The position numbers and the translations under genes were made by a program. Under the pieces are notes generated by a model, which had not been told where the DNA came from, searched no databases, and saw only the letters and a program-made list of their open reading frames with translations. Below, in pieces: positions 36,625-45,973 of a stretch of 64,000 nt of DNA. Origin of the DNA: Desulfobacterales bacterium. Lineage in GTDB: Bacteria; Desulfobacterota; Desulfobacteria; Desulfobacterales; JANQIE01. The stretch covers positions 4,854 to 68,853 of the forward strand of contig JANQIE010000180.1 of the NCBI GenBank assembly GCA_028282295.1, in the 5' to 3' direction. Position 1 is the stretch's first letter. Each line of letters begins with the position of its first letter.

Positions 36625-37563
36625 TCACTGTGGTTCATACGACGCATCAATCCCCCGTGGATCCGCGTTGGCATCGGTTTCGCCAATAAAATAAACCGCC
36701 ACGTAGTTGCCCACATCCCAGATTTTTTCCGATTCAAGTTCTCGTTTGAAATAGGGCATGGCGCTGCCGGTGATGCCGTTCATGATCTGGTAGTATAATA
36801 TCCCGCCGCTGACATCCCGGTCTTTTAAAATGGTGAAGTTCAGCGGGGGCGGATAGATCCAGGGTTGCGCCGGGCCCATGCCGTCGCCGATGGGGCCGTG
36901 ACAGCCAAGGCAGTTGTCCTGGTAGATCTTGTGGCCCCGGGCCAGGCCGGCTTCGGTGGTCGGATAAGGGTTGGGCACGTTGCGCCAGCCTTCGGGGACC
37001 ATGTCATGCAGCCATTTCACGTTAGCCACCGGACCGGCTTCGTAGGCTTTGGTCGCTTCGATCTTCCAATGACGCTGGCGCGCCATACGCCGGTCGGCGT
37101 CCTTGAGGCCCAGGCTCTGGACGTAGGCGGTAAGCTTTTTAATATTCTCATCGCCCAGGTAGGCAAAGGCCGGCATGATCGACAGGGGCCGCACGTAGCG
37201 CGGGTTGATGAAATGGGCGATCTGCCAGTCGTCCGGGTGCTCGCCGCCTGCCTGGGACAGGTCCGGGCCGGTGCGGGCCGAGCCGAGCAGGATCGGCTGA
37301 TCCGCCAGGTAGTCGCCGGCCTGGGCGATCCGTTCGGCCCCCAGGCCCCAATCGATGGTGCGGATCGACTGGCTGTGGCAGTAGACACACCCGTTGGCGA
37401 TGTACAGTTTGCGACCGGCCGCTTCCACGGCATCACGTGAGCGGAAAATCTCCGAGGGCACGGTTTTATTGGTGTCGGCATACGGCAGCACCACCGCTAT
37501 GAAAATAATGGCGAACAGGATCAACAGACTTCCGATCACCACCGATGACAGCGTCATTCTCAT
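36625..37563 (-). CDS. ccoO: cbb3-type cytochrome c oxidase subunit II (CcoO) fused to a second c-type heme domain (CcoP-like)
   Basis: N-terminal TM plus CVYCHSQ and GPDLSQ...NPRYV typical of FixO/CcoO. Second motif CLGCHGP in the C-terminal half. The ATG overlaps the ccoN stop (ATGA). Confidence 0.85.
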   Translation of the reverse strand: MRMTLSSVVIGSLLILFAIIFIAVVLPYADTNKTVPSEIFRSRDAVEAAGRKLYIANGCVYCHSQSIRTIDWGLGAERIAQAGDYLADQPILLGSARTGPDLSQAGGEHPDDWQIAHFINPRYVRPLSIMPAFAYLGDENIKKLTAYVQSLGLKDADRRMARQRHWKIEATKAYEAGPVANVKWLHDMVPEGWRNVPNPYPTTEAGLARGHKIYQDNCLGCHGPIGDGMGPAQPWIYPPPLNFTILKDRDVSGGILYYQIMNGITGSAMPYFKRELESEKIWDVGNYVAVYFIGETDANADPRGIDASYEPQ

Positions 37564-38933
37564 GTTGCACTCTCTTTGGGTTGATAGGTCAGGGTCCGAA
37601 TGACATTATAGACACCGATCAGCGCGCTGGTAAACACGATCAAACCGATGCTTGCCCGCGCCACATAGTAAATATGGATCGACGGCAGGATGCGGTAAAC
37701 CGCTTCGCCGTTGAGCCAGGCATTGCCCTGGATCAGGCCGACAATGGTGAGCACCACGGTGAAGCCGACCACGCCGATGAGGATCATCCAGTACTGAAAA
37801 TCGGCCAGCAGGCGGCTGAACAGGGGTTTGCCGGTGATCTTGGGCAGGATGTAGTAAAGCCCGCCCAGGGCGATCATGCCGGCAAAACCGAGCACGCCGA
37901 TATGGGCATGGCCCACCACCCAGTTGTTAAAGTGGGTCACCCGCTGCACCTGGGGCAGCGACATCATGGACCCCTGGATGCTGACGAAGAAGTACATGAT
38001 CGTACCGGTGAAGACGAACTTGGCGCCGACATCGGCATGGATCTCGCCCAGCTTGCCCTGGACCGTGTACCAGATGTTGATCAGAAAGGCCATGACCGGA
38101 ATCACCATGGCCACGCTGTCGACGATGGCGATGACTTTCAACCAGGTCGGCACCGGCACCTGCAGCAAATGGTGGGTGCCGATGTGGGTGTAAACCACGA
38201 TCAACGACCAGAATCCGAGCAGCGACAGGGTATGGCTGTAAAGCGGGGTTTTACAGGCCCGCGGCAAAACATAGTACGTGACCGCCGCCGACAGGGGCGT
38301 GAGCAGCAAGCCGAAGACATTGTGACCGTAGAACCACAGGATGATTGCGTCGGGAATCCCCTTGAGCGAACCGGTGTCCGGCCGCCAGATGATGTTGCCC
38401 AACGAGAAAGTACAGGCGGTCAGAATCACCGCTGCCAGTACATACCAGACCGACACATACAAAATCGGTTCGGTGCGCCGTTTGACCGTCATCACGAAAT
38501 TGACGATCAGCAGGCAAAAGACCGCGACCACCCCCATGTCCACCGGCCAGATCATCTCCGCGTATTCGCGGCCCTGGGTGTAGCCGGCCGCCAGGGTGAC
38601 GACAATGGCTACCAGGGTGATGTTCCACAACACCACCGTGACCACGCCCAGTTTTTCGCTGAACAGCTCGGTTTTCAGCAGCTTGGGCAGGATGTAGCAG
38701 GCCGCCGCCAGCAGGCCCGGCGTGACAAAGCCGAACAACACCAGATTGATGTGAATCGGGCGGATGCGCCCGAAGACCAGCCAGCCGATATTTTCAGTCA
38801 GATCCGGCGCCATCAGTTCGGTGGCGCCCAACAGGCCGGCAAACGTGGCCAGTATCATCCAAAACGCGGAAGTAAAGCAAAAGCCCTTGGCCGTATAATA
38901 GTTCGGCGTCATGCTGTTTGGTTCGGCAGACAA
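37560..38933 (-). CDS. ccoN: cbb3-type cytochrome c oxidase subunit I
   Basis: Polytopic heme-copper oxidase with FYGHNVFGLL and NWVVGHAHIGVLGF histidine motifs. TTG 38933 lies 7 nt after AAGGAGA. Confidence 0.9.
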   Translation of the reverse strand: MSAEPNSMTPNYYTAKGFCFTSAFWMILATFAGLLGATELMAPDLTENIGWLVFGRIRPIHINLVLFGFVTPGLLAAACYILPKLLKTELFSEKLGVVTVVLWNITLVAIVVTLAAGYTQGREYAEMIWPVDMGVVAVFCLLIVNFVMTVKRRTEPILYVSVWYVLAAVILTACTFSLGNIIWRPDTGSLKGIPDAIILWFYGHNVFGLLLTPLSAAVTYYVLPRACKTPLYSHTLSLLGFWSLIVVYTHIGTHHLLQVPVPTWLKVIAIVDSVAMVIPVMAFLINIWYTVQGKLGEIHADVGAKFVFTGTIMYFFVSIQGSMMSLPQVQRVTHFNNWVVGHAHIGVLGFAGMIALGGLYYILPKITGKPLFSRLLADFQYWMILIGVVGFTVVLTIVGLIQGNAWLNGEAVYRILPSIHIYYVARASIGLIVFTSALIGVYNVIRTLTYQPKESAT

Positions 38934-38945
38934 TCCCGGTTCTCC

Positions 38946-39491
38946 TTAATTATGGCAAGCCAACCAACACCCCAGGTTGGCCCCTTTTTGTTGATGACAC
39001 TCCACGCAGAACCCCATCCAGAAGCGCTTGCCCTTGATCCGGTCCATGGCCTCCACCTTACCGTGGCACTGCTCGCAGGCGATCTGCTTGCGAATATGCC
39101 GCTGGTGGTTGAAAAAGACATGTTCCGGCAGGTAGTTCACCTGGACCCAGGGGGTCGGGGTTTGGGTGTTGAAGTATTCGTGTTCCTTCTGAATCCACGG
39201 ATGTTGGGTGATAATATGTTTGTGGCAGTACAGGCATTTTGCCACCGGCGGCAGACCCGGATGCACCGAGCGGCCCACGTACGGATGGCAGAATTGGCAT
39301 TCGATCTTCTTCACCCCGGCATGCACGCGATGGCTGAACGGAATCGGTTGCTCCGCACCGATGTCCGGCGGCAGGTAGAAAAAGATCAAAAATGCGACCA
39401 CCAGGGCCGCGGTGAGCGCGCTCCAGAAAAGCGGCCCCTTGTTGTCCGCCACCGCTTGGCCCATCCGTTTGAAAAAGGCGGTCTCTTGCAT
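38946..39491 (-). CDS. actA: membrane-anchored pentaheme cytochrome c, ActA-like
   Basis: One TM, then CQFCH, CLYCH, CEQCH, CVECH and a terminal CWLACH (CX3CH). Confidence 0.75.
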   Translation of the reverse strand: MQETAFFKRMGQAVADNKGPLFWSALTAALVVAFLIFFYLPPDIGAEQPIPFSHRVHAGVKKIECQFCHPYVGRSVHPGLPPVAKCLYCHKHIITQHPWIQKEHEYFNTQTPTPWVQVNYLPEHVFFNHQRHIRKQIACEQCHGKVEAMDRIKGKRFWMGFCVECHQQKGANLGCWLACHN

Positions 39492-40657
39492 CAGGCAGCC
39501 TCCTTTTCAACGGCAATGGGCAGCAATTCCGGAAACTTTTTCAGGTACAGCGTGATTGCAAGCGCCATGAGTCCAAAAAATCCCAAGGTTATCAGTGCAT
39601 CGGCCAACCCCAAATGCAGGGTTTTCGCATCATGGCCCAGGGCCGGGCCGAGCAGGAGTAAATGTTCCAGCCAGATGCCGACCAGGGCCACGCTGCACAG
39701 GGCCAGCATGAAGCCCGGCATGGTTTTGACCTTTTTGTTGATCAAAATGATAAACGGCGCGATGAAGCAAACCGTAAAGACCGTCCAGGCCAGTTGGTTC
39801 CAGGGGGCGGTGATGGTGCGCAGCATGACGTAGTGGGTCTCTTCGGGGATGTTGCCGTACCAGATCACCACCAGTTGGCAGTAGAAAAAATCGGCCCAGA
39901 CCAGACAGAAGGCGAAGAAGAGCTTGCCCACGTCGTGAAAGTGCTTGTCGGTCAGGGTGCAGGCCGCGCCGTGTTTGAGTTGTAAAATCGCCGCCAGGAT
40001 GATCAAACCGCCCAGCCCCACATAGACCGCCTTGATGAAACTGTAGGCCCCGAACAGGGTCGAGTACCAGTGCGGATCGGCGGCCATGACCAGATCGAAG
40101 CCGACCAGACTCAAAATAAACGCAAAGGCGATAATATAAAGAATGGCAAAAACGGTCATCCGTTTGCGCACCGCAACCGCGCCGTCATCCGCCGAGGATT
40201 TGAGTTTGTGGGCCTGGAGCAGGTACAAGCCGCCCAGGGCGTAAAGCAGGATCAGGCCCAGCCCCACCCGCGAGAACAAAAACGGCAGGTTGAGCCAGAT
40301 CTCCTTGCCGTGCAGGTCGTGGTGCAGCCAGGGAAAAACATATTCACGGCCCAGCAGCAAACCGCCGAAAAGGGCCAGCGATACCGGAAAAAACGCCGTG
40401 AACGCTTCGGCCAGATTGGCCAACGGCCCGCTCCAGCGGGCCCTGGTGACGTGCATGACCGTGGAAAACAGCAGCCCGCCCTGGGCCACGGCCGACCACA
40501 GCAGAAAATTGATCAAATACGCCTGCCAGGCCTGCTGCGCGTGCCCGCCGTTCATCTGAACGAAAAAGGTGGCAAAGCCGACAACGATGAACACGCCAAA
40601 GAGCAGCGGCAGCGCGTTGCCGGGCCGGGTTGAATCGGTGGTGGCAGTGGGAGTCAT
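39491..40657 (-). CDS. actF: ACIII membrane subunit ActF (NrfD-like)
   Basis: 388-aa polytopic protein following actD. Its stop overlaps the actA-like ATG by 1 nt. Confidence 0.7.
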   Translation of the reverse strand: MTPTATTDSTRPGNALPLLFGVFIVVGFATFFVQMNGGHAQQAWQAYLINFLLWSAVAQGGLLFSTVMHVTRARWSGPLANLAEAFTAFFPVSLALFGGLLLGREYVFPWLHHDLHGKEIWLNLPFLFSRVGLGLILLYALGGLYLLQAHKLKSSADDGAVAVRKRMTVFAILYIIAFAFILSLVGFDLVMAADPHWYSTLFGAYSFIKAVYVGLGGLIILAAILQLKHGAACTLTDKHFHDVGKLFFAFCLVWADFFYCQLVVIWYGNIPEETHYVMLRTITAPWNQLAWTVFTVCFIAPFIILINKKVKTMPGFMLALCSVALVGIWLEHLLLLGPALGHDAKTLHLGLADALITLGFFGLMALAITLYLKKFPELLPIAVEKEAA

Positions 40658-40658
40658 A

Positions 40659-41201
40659 TCAACCTTTTTCCTCGAACACCGTGATTTCGGCGCCTTTTTG
40701 CGTGAAAAACTGTTTCAGTCCGTCTTCCTGTCCGGGCTCGCAGGACGCCAGTAAACCATAATGAAAACCGCTGCAACGCGGGTCGTAATACTCCAGGTTC
40801 TTCAAGCTCGGCAGATTGGTCTGGGTCAGCAAACCGATCACGTTGCCGAACACCGCAAACAGGATCGTGAACTCAAAACCGACGATGAAAAAAGGGATCA
40901 GCGCGACAATCGGCTTGCCGCCGACCACCAGATCCCAGCGGGTGGCGGTGAAGGCCGCCAGGGCAAAACCGCTGAAAAAACCGATGATGCCGCCGGTCAG
41001 GGTAAACCAGCCGACCATGCTTTTTTTCTTCTTGCGGGCGCGGGCCAGTTTCTCGCTCGGCAACGGGCTGTGGACCCGGTGCAGGGTGTACGCGGAGGTT
41101 TCCATGGCCTGCACGGCGGCCGCGGCCTGATCCTCGTCCGTGAACAGACCCATGATGTAACGGTGGGCCTTTTTGAGTTTATGGGCCGCGTTAAGCGCCA
41201 T
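40659..41201 (-). CDS. actD: ACIII subunit ActD (DUF3341)
   Basis: YIMGLFTDEDQAAAAVQAM..., two TM helices and a GGKP motif, as in quinol:cytochrome c oxidoreductase membrane protein ActD. Confidence 0.75.
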   Translation of the reverse strand: MALNAAHKLKKAHRYIMGLFTDEDQAAAAVQAMETSAYTLHRVHSPLPSEKLARARKKKKSMVGWFTLTGGIIGFFSGFALAAFTATRWDLVVGGKPIVALIPFFIVGFEFTILFAVFGNVIGLLTQTNLPSLKNLEYYDPRCSGFHYGLLASCEPGQEDGLKQFFTQKGAEITVFEEKG

Positions 41202-42519
41202 GGTGTCCTCCCTCGTGGACGGTTTCCTTCATTTCGGTCATCGATACCGAAGGCATGTGCTTGGCAAACAGCACGTAGAGAAAAAAGAAAAGACAAAACG
41301 CGCCGAACATGATGCCGAATTCCGTGGCCGTGGGCGTGTAGCGTCCCCAGGCGTGGGGCATAAAATCGTGGGCCACGCCGCCGACGATGATGACAAAGCG
41401 CTCGTACCACATGCCGATGTTGACGAAAATCGAAATCACGAACAGCCACCCCAGGTGTCGCCGGACGGCGCGGAAGAAAAGCAGCATCGGGATCGCCACG
41501 TTGCAGCCGACCATGATCCAGAAACCGTAGGCATATTCGCCCACCGCGCGCCAGCGGAACATCTCCTGCTCCACCGGGTTGTGGCTGTACCACGCGATGA
41601 AGAACTCGGTGCCGTAGGCAAAACCGACGATCATGCCGGTCAGGATGATGGTTTTGGCAACATTTTCGAGCACATCGCGGGTGATGATTTTTTCATACTT
41701 GAACATCTTGCGGATCGGGATCATCAGGGTGATCACCATGGCTAGCCCCGAGTGAATCGCGCCGGCCACGAAGTAGGGTGCGAAAATCGTGGTGTGCCAG
41801 CCGGGGATGATTCCCAGAGCGAAATCCCAGGAGACCACGCTGTGGACACTGATCACCAGCGGGGTGGCCAGGGCGGCAAAAAACAGGTAGCCGCGGGTGT
41901 AGTGACGCCAGTGCTCCAGGCGGCCGGTCCAGCCGAAGGAAAGCAAGGTGAAAATCTTCTTGCGCAGGCCCGTGGCCCGGTCGCGGATCACGGCCAGATC
42001 GGGCAGCATGCCGGTGTACCAGAACAGCGAGCTGACCGTCAGGTAGGTGCTGATGGCCACCACGTCGAACATCAGCGGCGACTGAAAGTTGGGCCACAGC
42101 AGCCGCTGATTCGGCAGCGGCAGCATGTAGTTGACCACCCAGACCCGCCCTAAGTGAATAAACGGATACAGCCCGGCGATGCAGACCGCAAAGACCGTCA
42201 TGGTTTCGGCGGCCCGGGCGATGGGGTTGCGCCACCCGGCCCGGAACAGGTGCAGGATGGCCGAGATCAGCGTGCCCGAGTGGGCAATACCGACCCAGAA
42301 GACAAAGTTTATCAGATAGGTGCCCCAGTTGATCGGGTTGTTCATACCGGCCAGCCCGACCCCCACCAGAATCTGGTGCAACCAGCAGGCGGCTCCGGCG
42401 ATCACACCGGCGAACAAAAGCAGAATCACCAGCCAGTATCCCTTACCGGGTGGCTTCAGGGTATCGAGCACCGTCTGGTCGATTTCAGCGAATGTCAGTT
42501 GTGTTGTTTGATCCGTCAT
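41191..42519 (-). CDS. actC: ACIII quinol-interacting membrane subunit ActC (NrfD/PsrC family)
   Basis: 442-aa polytopic NrfD-like protein. 11-nt overlap with actD. Confidence 0.8.
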   Translation of the reverse strand: MTDQTTQLTFAEIDQTVLDTLKPPGKGYWLVILLLFAGVIAGAACWLHQILVGVGLAGMNNPINWGTYLINFVFWVGIAHSGTLISAILHLFRAGWRNPIARAAETMTVFAVCIAGLYPFIHLGRVWVVNYMLPLPNQRLLWPNFQSPLMFDVVAISTYLTVSSLFWYTGMLPDLAVIRDRATGLRKKIFTLLSFGWTGRLEHWRHYTRGYLFFAALATPLVISVHSVVSWDFALGIIPGWHTTIFAPYFVAGAIHSGLAMVITLMIPIRKMFKYEKIITRDVLENVAKTIILTGMIVGFAYGTEFFIAWYSHNPVEQEMFRWRAVGEYAYGFWIMVGCNVAIPMLLFFRAVRRHLGWLFVISIFVNIGMWYERFVIIVGGVAHDFMPHAWGRYTPTATEFGIMFGAFCLFFFLYVLFAKHMPSVSMTEMKETVHEGGHHGA

Positions 42520-42596
42520 CTTTTATCTTTTATCCAACAGTTTTAGAATTTAACGGTAAAAATCCTTTCATCGGGATTCCCCTCTCCTTGAGGCAT

Positions 42597-42677
42597 AACC
42601 GTCAGGCTAAGGCGATAAACAAATAAAAAAGGTATCCTGTCGTTTAGATTCTGGACCCCGGCCTTCGCCGGGGTGAC
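42597..42677. repeat. 81-bp direct repeat, family D, copy 1
   Basis: AACCGTCAGGCTAAGGCGATAAACAA...CCCCGGCCTTCGCCGGGGTGAC. 74 of 81 positions are identical to 42876-42956. Confidence 0.8.
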
Positions 42678-42778
42678 GGCGTATTTTTTTCTGCGTATTT
42701 TGAGGAATTTTTTAGCTTCCCCCGTATCTGATACGGGGCAAGAATGACGCCTAACCACGATGGGACACCCCCTACTTC

Positions 42779-42805
42779 GTCATTCCCGCGCAGGCGGGAA
42801 TCCAG
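42779..42805. repeat. family C unit
   Basis: GTCATTCCCGCGCAGGCGGGAATCCAG, preceded by GAATGACGCCTAACCACGATGGG as at 36393-36415. Confidence 0.7.
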
Positions 42806-42875
42806 GAAATCTCGCAAAGCTGTCCCGGTGTTATTTTCAAGCTTCGGCATGCAATTGTGCTCACATTTTTTTCTT

Positions 42876-42956
42876 AACCGTCAGGCTAAGGCGATAAACA
42901 ACCGAAAAAGGTGTCCTGTCGTTTAGATCCTGGGCCCCGGCCTTCACCGGGGTGAC
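42876..42956. repeat. 81-bp direct repeat, family D, copy 2
   Basis: See 42597-42677. Spacing between the two copies is 279 bp. Confidence 0.8.
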
Positions 42957-43036
42957 AAGGGCTTGGCGGTTTCATACAAATTATAAAATGATCCCCATCC
43001 GCCGTTTTATCAATTCCAAATTTCCAGTTTCAAATT

Positions 43037-45973
43037 TCAAACCACCAATTTCTGCCGCACCTTCTTCAGATAAATCACCGCCGGCTTGGTGTTCAGATAC
43101 CCCATGATCTGATACGCCCGCGGGTCGTCGAACAGTTGGCGCACGCGGCTGCCGGGGTCCATCAGGTTGCCGAAGACCAGCGCGTCGGTGGGGCAGGTCT
43201 GCACGCAGGCCGGGATGATCTCGCCCTCGCGGATCTTGCGGTTTTCATTTTTAGCGATATCGTGCGCCTGTTTGATGCGCTGGATGCAAAAGGAGCATTT
43301 CTCCATGACACCCTTGCTGCGGGCCGTGACCTCCGGGTTGATCTGCAAATGGGCGGGCGACGGCCACTGCGGCGCGTACCAGTTGAACCGCCGGACTTTG
43401 TACGGGCAGTTCTGGGCGCAAAAGCGGGTGCCGATGCACCGGTTGTAAATCTGGTTGTTCAATCCCTCCTTGGAATGGTGGGGGGCGTACACCGGGCAAA
43501 CCGACTCACAGGGCGCGTTGTTGCAGTGCTGGCACATGAGCGGCAAAAAAGTGATGTTGCGTTCATCGTCCTGGTCCAGGTAGCGCTCGATGCTGATCCA
43601 GGACATCTCCCGGCCTTCCAGAATCCGCTCTTCCTGCACTACACTTAAATTGTTCTCCGCGTAACAGGCCGCCGAGCACGCCCCGCAGCCGATGCAGCGA
43701 TCCATGTCCACAGCCATGGACCAGCGGTAATCGATATGTTCATGGGCCGGGTAGAAGTCCCGTTCCCTGGGGCTGTACCCTTCGGGCAGCGGCAGGACCT
43801 TGGGAAAGTCGTGCATGGTCAGGCCGGGTTTGACCTTGGGCAGCCCCCGAGCCAGCTTCTCGCGGTCGACGGTCAGCGCAATTTTGCGGCCGTGCATCAC
43901 GCGGCTGCTGGCGGTTTGGGCCAGTTGCAAACTGTGCCCGGCGGCTTTGATGCTGACTTTGCCGATGCTGAACTGCGGTGCGCCGGCGGCGCTCCCGGCG
44001 GCCGTCGGCAGCAAGGCCAGCGGATTCGCACCGTTTTGAGCGGCGTAGCGGCCGTAGGCCGTGTGGCCCTGGCCCTGATGGAGCACCAGGACGCCCGGCC
44101 TGATGCCAACTGTTTCATACACCGGCGCCTGCACCTTGCCGTGGGGCGATTCGATCTGAATCACATCGCCCTCTTCGACCCCATACCGGCCGGCATCTTC
44201 CGGGTGCATCCAGACCGGCGACTGCCAGGCCACCCGAGTGGTCGGGTCCGGGATTTCGTTCAACCACGACCGGTTGGCGCCGCGCCCGTCGAAAAAGCGA
44301 ATCGACGGTGCCGCCACCAGCAGCGGTTCGGTGGGTGGGGTTTTGCTTTGGGTCAACGCCGACGGAATCCGGCGTGGCAGGTTTAATGCGGGCTGCTGCA
44401 TTGGCGCGGGCGGCTGGAAGTGTCCGCCGTCTTTGATGATAGCGATCCAGTCGCGTTCGGATTTGAGACGGCCCTGTTGCTCCAGTTGGGCCGATATGTA
44501 GGCTTTAAACTGATTCAACGGCCAGCGGCCTTTAAAAGCCAGCCGCAGGAACAGGTCGCCCAGGTCCGGGGCTTCGGTGAATTTGCCCATGGCCGGTTGC
44601 AGCGTGGACACCAGACCGGTCTGGCCGTTGTAATCATCCCAGGATTCCAGCGGCAGCTTGACCGGCAGGATCAGATCGGCCAGGGCGGTGGTTTCATCTT
44701 CAAAATTGCTCAGGGCCACCACGAACAGGTCCGGGTTTTTGAGCGCTTGTGTAATGGCCGGGTTGGCCGGCATGGCGAACACCGGATTGACATTGTTCAG
44801 CAGCAGCACGCGGGCCGGTGTGCTGCGCAGGTTTTCAAAAAATGCGATTACTTCGGCGCGCGTGGCGGCTTGCTCCACCCGATGCCGGTTTTGAAAATCG
44901 ATGCGCGTCAGCTTGGGATCGAGCACGAGGTTGAGCAGATTGGCCGCCATGTCGGTGGCCAACCCGTTGACCGCGCCGTTTTCCGCGCCCAGGATTAACG
45001 GCTTGCGGGCCGCTAGCATGCGGTCGGCCAGGGCGGTCAGATCTTCGCGGGTCAGACCGCTTTGACGGACAGCCTGCTCCTCGGTGATCCCGGCGGCAAA
45101 CGTGGCCAGGGCCCCGCGCAACGCGCTTGGCAGGGGTTGCCCCCGGCCGGCGTTCAGCGCCCGTCCGATCAGGTAGCCGGCCACGGCCGCCTGACAGCCC
45201 GGCCGGCAGGCCAACCAGCGGTCCGCGTTGGCGGCGGTAAGCGACTGGTAGGGGCCGACGTGCACAAACAAGCCCTTGCGCCCGTTGGCCAGCGCGTGCA
45301 TGGCCTTGAATTGGCGGGCATATTCAACCGGCGACAACCAGGTTTCCAAAAAATCGGCCCCCAGGCAGATCAGGCAATCGGCCTGATCGATGCGATAGCC
45401 CGGCAGTCCATCCAGGCCGAAAATGGCGCGGTTGGCCGCTTTCAGGGTTTCATAGGCAAAGGGTTCAAAAAAGACGGGCGGCCCGGATTGCCACGTCTGC
45501 AAGGCTTCGGTGAACAAGGCCGTGCGGCTCGGACCCGACACCTCTGAAAGCATCCGCACCGGGTTGGCATCGGTTGCGGCGACTCCCTGAAGTTTGGCCC
45601 GGAGCAGTTTTTCGGCGTCGTCAAAAGAGACCGGTTGCCACCGGCCGTCCTGCCTGAGCCGGGGCGTCATGAGCCGATCCGGGTTGTAGACCGCCTGCAG
45701 GGCTGCCTGACCGCGCAGGCAGAGCTTGCCGCGGTTGATTGGATGCAAGGGATTGCCTTCCAGCTTTATCACGCGACCCTCGCGGTTTTTGGCCAAAACA
45801 CCGCAACCGGCCGGGCATTCGCGGCAGGTGGCGGCATACCAGGTCGCTTGACCGGTGACCATGTCGTCCGGGGCTTGAACCAGACTGTAAAGGGTTTTGT
45901 CGGGTTTGCCACAACCCGAGGCAAAGGCGAAACTGCCCATACCGGCAATCTTGAGGAAGGTGCGCCGATTCAT
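43037..45973 (-). CDS. actB: ACIII subunit ActB (molybdopterin-oxidoreductase-like domain fused to 4Fe-4S ferredoxin domain)
   Basis: Tat signal MNRRTFLKIAGMGSFAFASGC. N-terminal CRECPAGCG...C Fe-S motif. C-terminal CIGCGACSAAC, CQHCNNAPC and CIGTRFCAQNCP cluster motifs. 978 aa. Confidence 0.85.
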   Translation of the reverse strand: MNRRTFLKIAGMGSFAFASGCGKPDKTLYSLVQAPDDMVTGQATWYAATCRECPAGCGVLAKNREGRVIKLEGNPLHPINRGKLCLRGQAALQAVYNPDRLMTPRLRQDGRWQPVSFDDAEKLLRAKLQGVAATDANPVRMLSEVSGPSRTALFTEALQTWQSGPPVFFEPFAYETLKAANRAIFGLDGLPGYRIDQADCLICLGADFLETWLSPVEYARQFKAMHALANGRKGLFVHVGPYQSLTAANADRWLACRPGCQAAVAGYLIGRALNAGRGQPLPSALRGALATFAAGITEEQAVRQSGLTREDLTALADRMLAARKPLILGAENGAVNGLATDMAANLLNLVLDPKLTRIDFQNRHRVEQAATRAEVIAFFENLRSTPARVLLLNNVNPVFAMPANPAITQALKNPDLFVVALSNFEDETTALADLILPVKLPLESWDDYNGQTGLVSTLQPAMGKFTEAPDLGDLFLRLAFKGRWPLNQFKAYISAQLEQQGRLKSERDWIAIIKDGGHFQPPAPMQQPALNLPRRIPSALTQSKTPPTEPLLVAAPSIRFFDGRGANRSWLNEIPDPTTRVAWQSPVWMHPEDAGRYGVEEGDVIQIESPHGKVQAPVYETVGIRPGVLVLHQGQGHTAYGRYAAQNGANPLALLPTAAGSAAGAPQFSIGKVSIKAAGHSLQLAQTASSRVMHGRKIALTVDREKLARGLPKVKPGLTMHDFPKVLPLPEGYSPRERDFYPAHEHIDYRWSMAVDMDRCIGCGACSAACYAENNLSVVQEERILEGREMSWISIERYLDQDDERNITFLPLMCQHCNNAPCESVCPVYAPHHSKEGLNNQIYNRCIGTRFCAQNCPYKVRRFNWYAPQWPSPAHLQINPEVTARSKGVMEKCSFCIQRIKQAHDIAKNENRKIREGEIIPACVQTCPTDALVFGNLMDPGSRVRQLFDDPRAYQIMGYLNTKPAVIYLKKVRQKLVV

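Noticed and set aside
37545-39833. 762-aa ORF on the plus strand spanning ccoN, the actA-like gene and part of actF
   Set aside because: Its translation is low-complexity and rich in D/H/Q/R/G, as expected for the antisense frame of hydrophobic membrane-protein genes. The minus-strand genes carry clear heme-copper oxidase and CXXCH motifs, SD sequences and coupled stops and starts.
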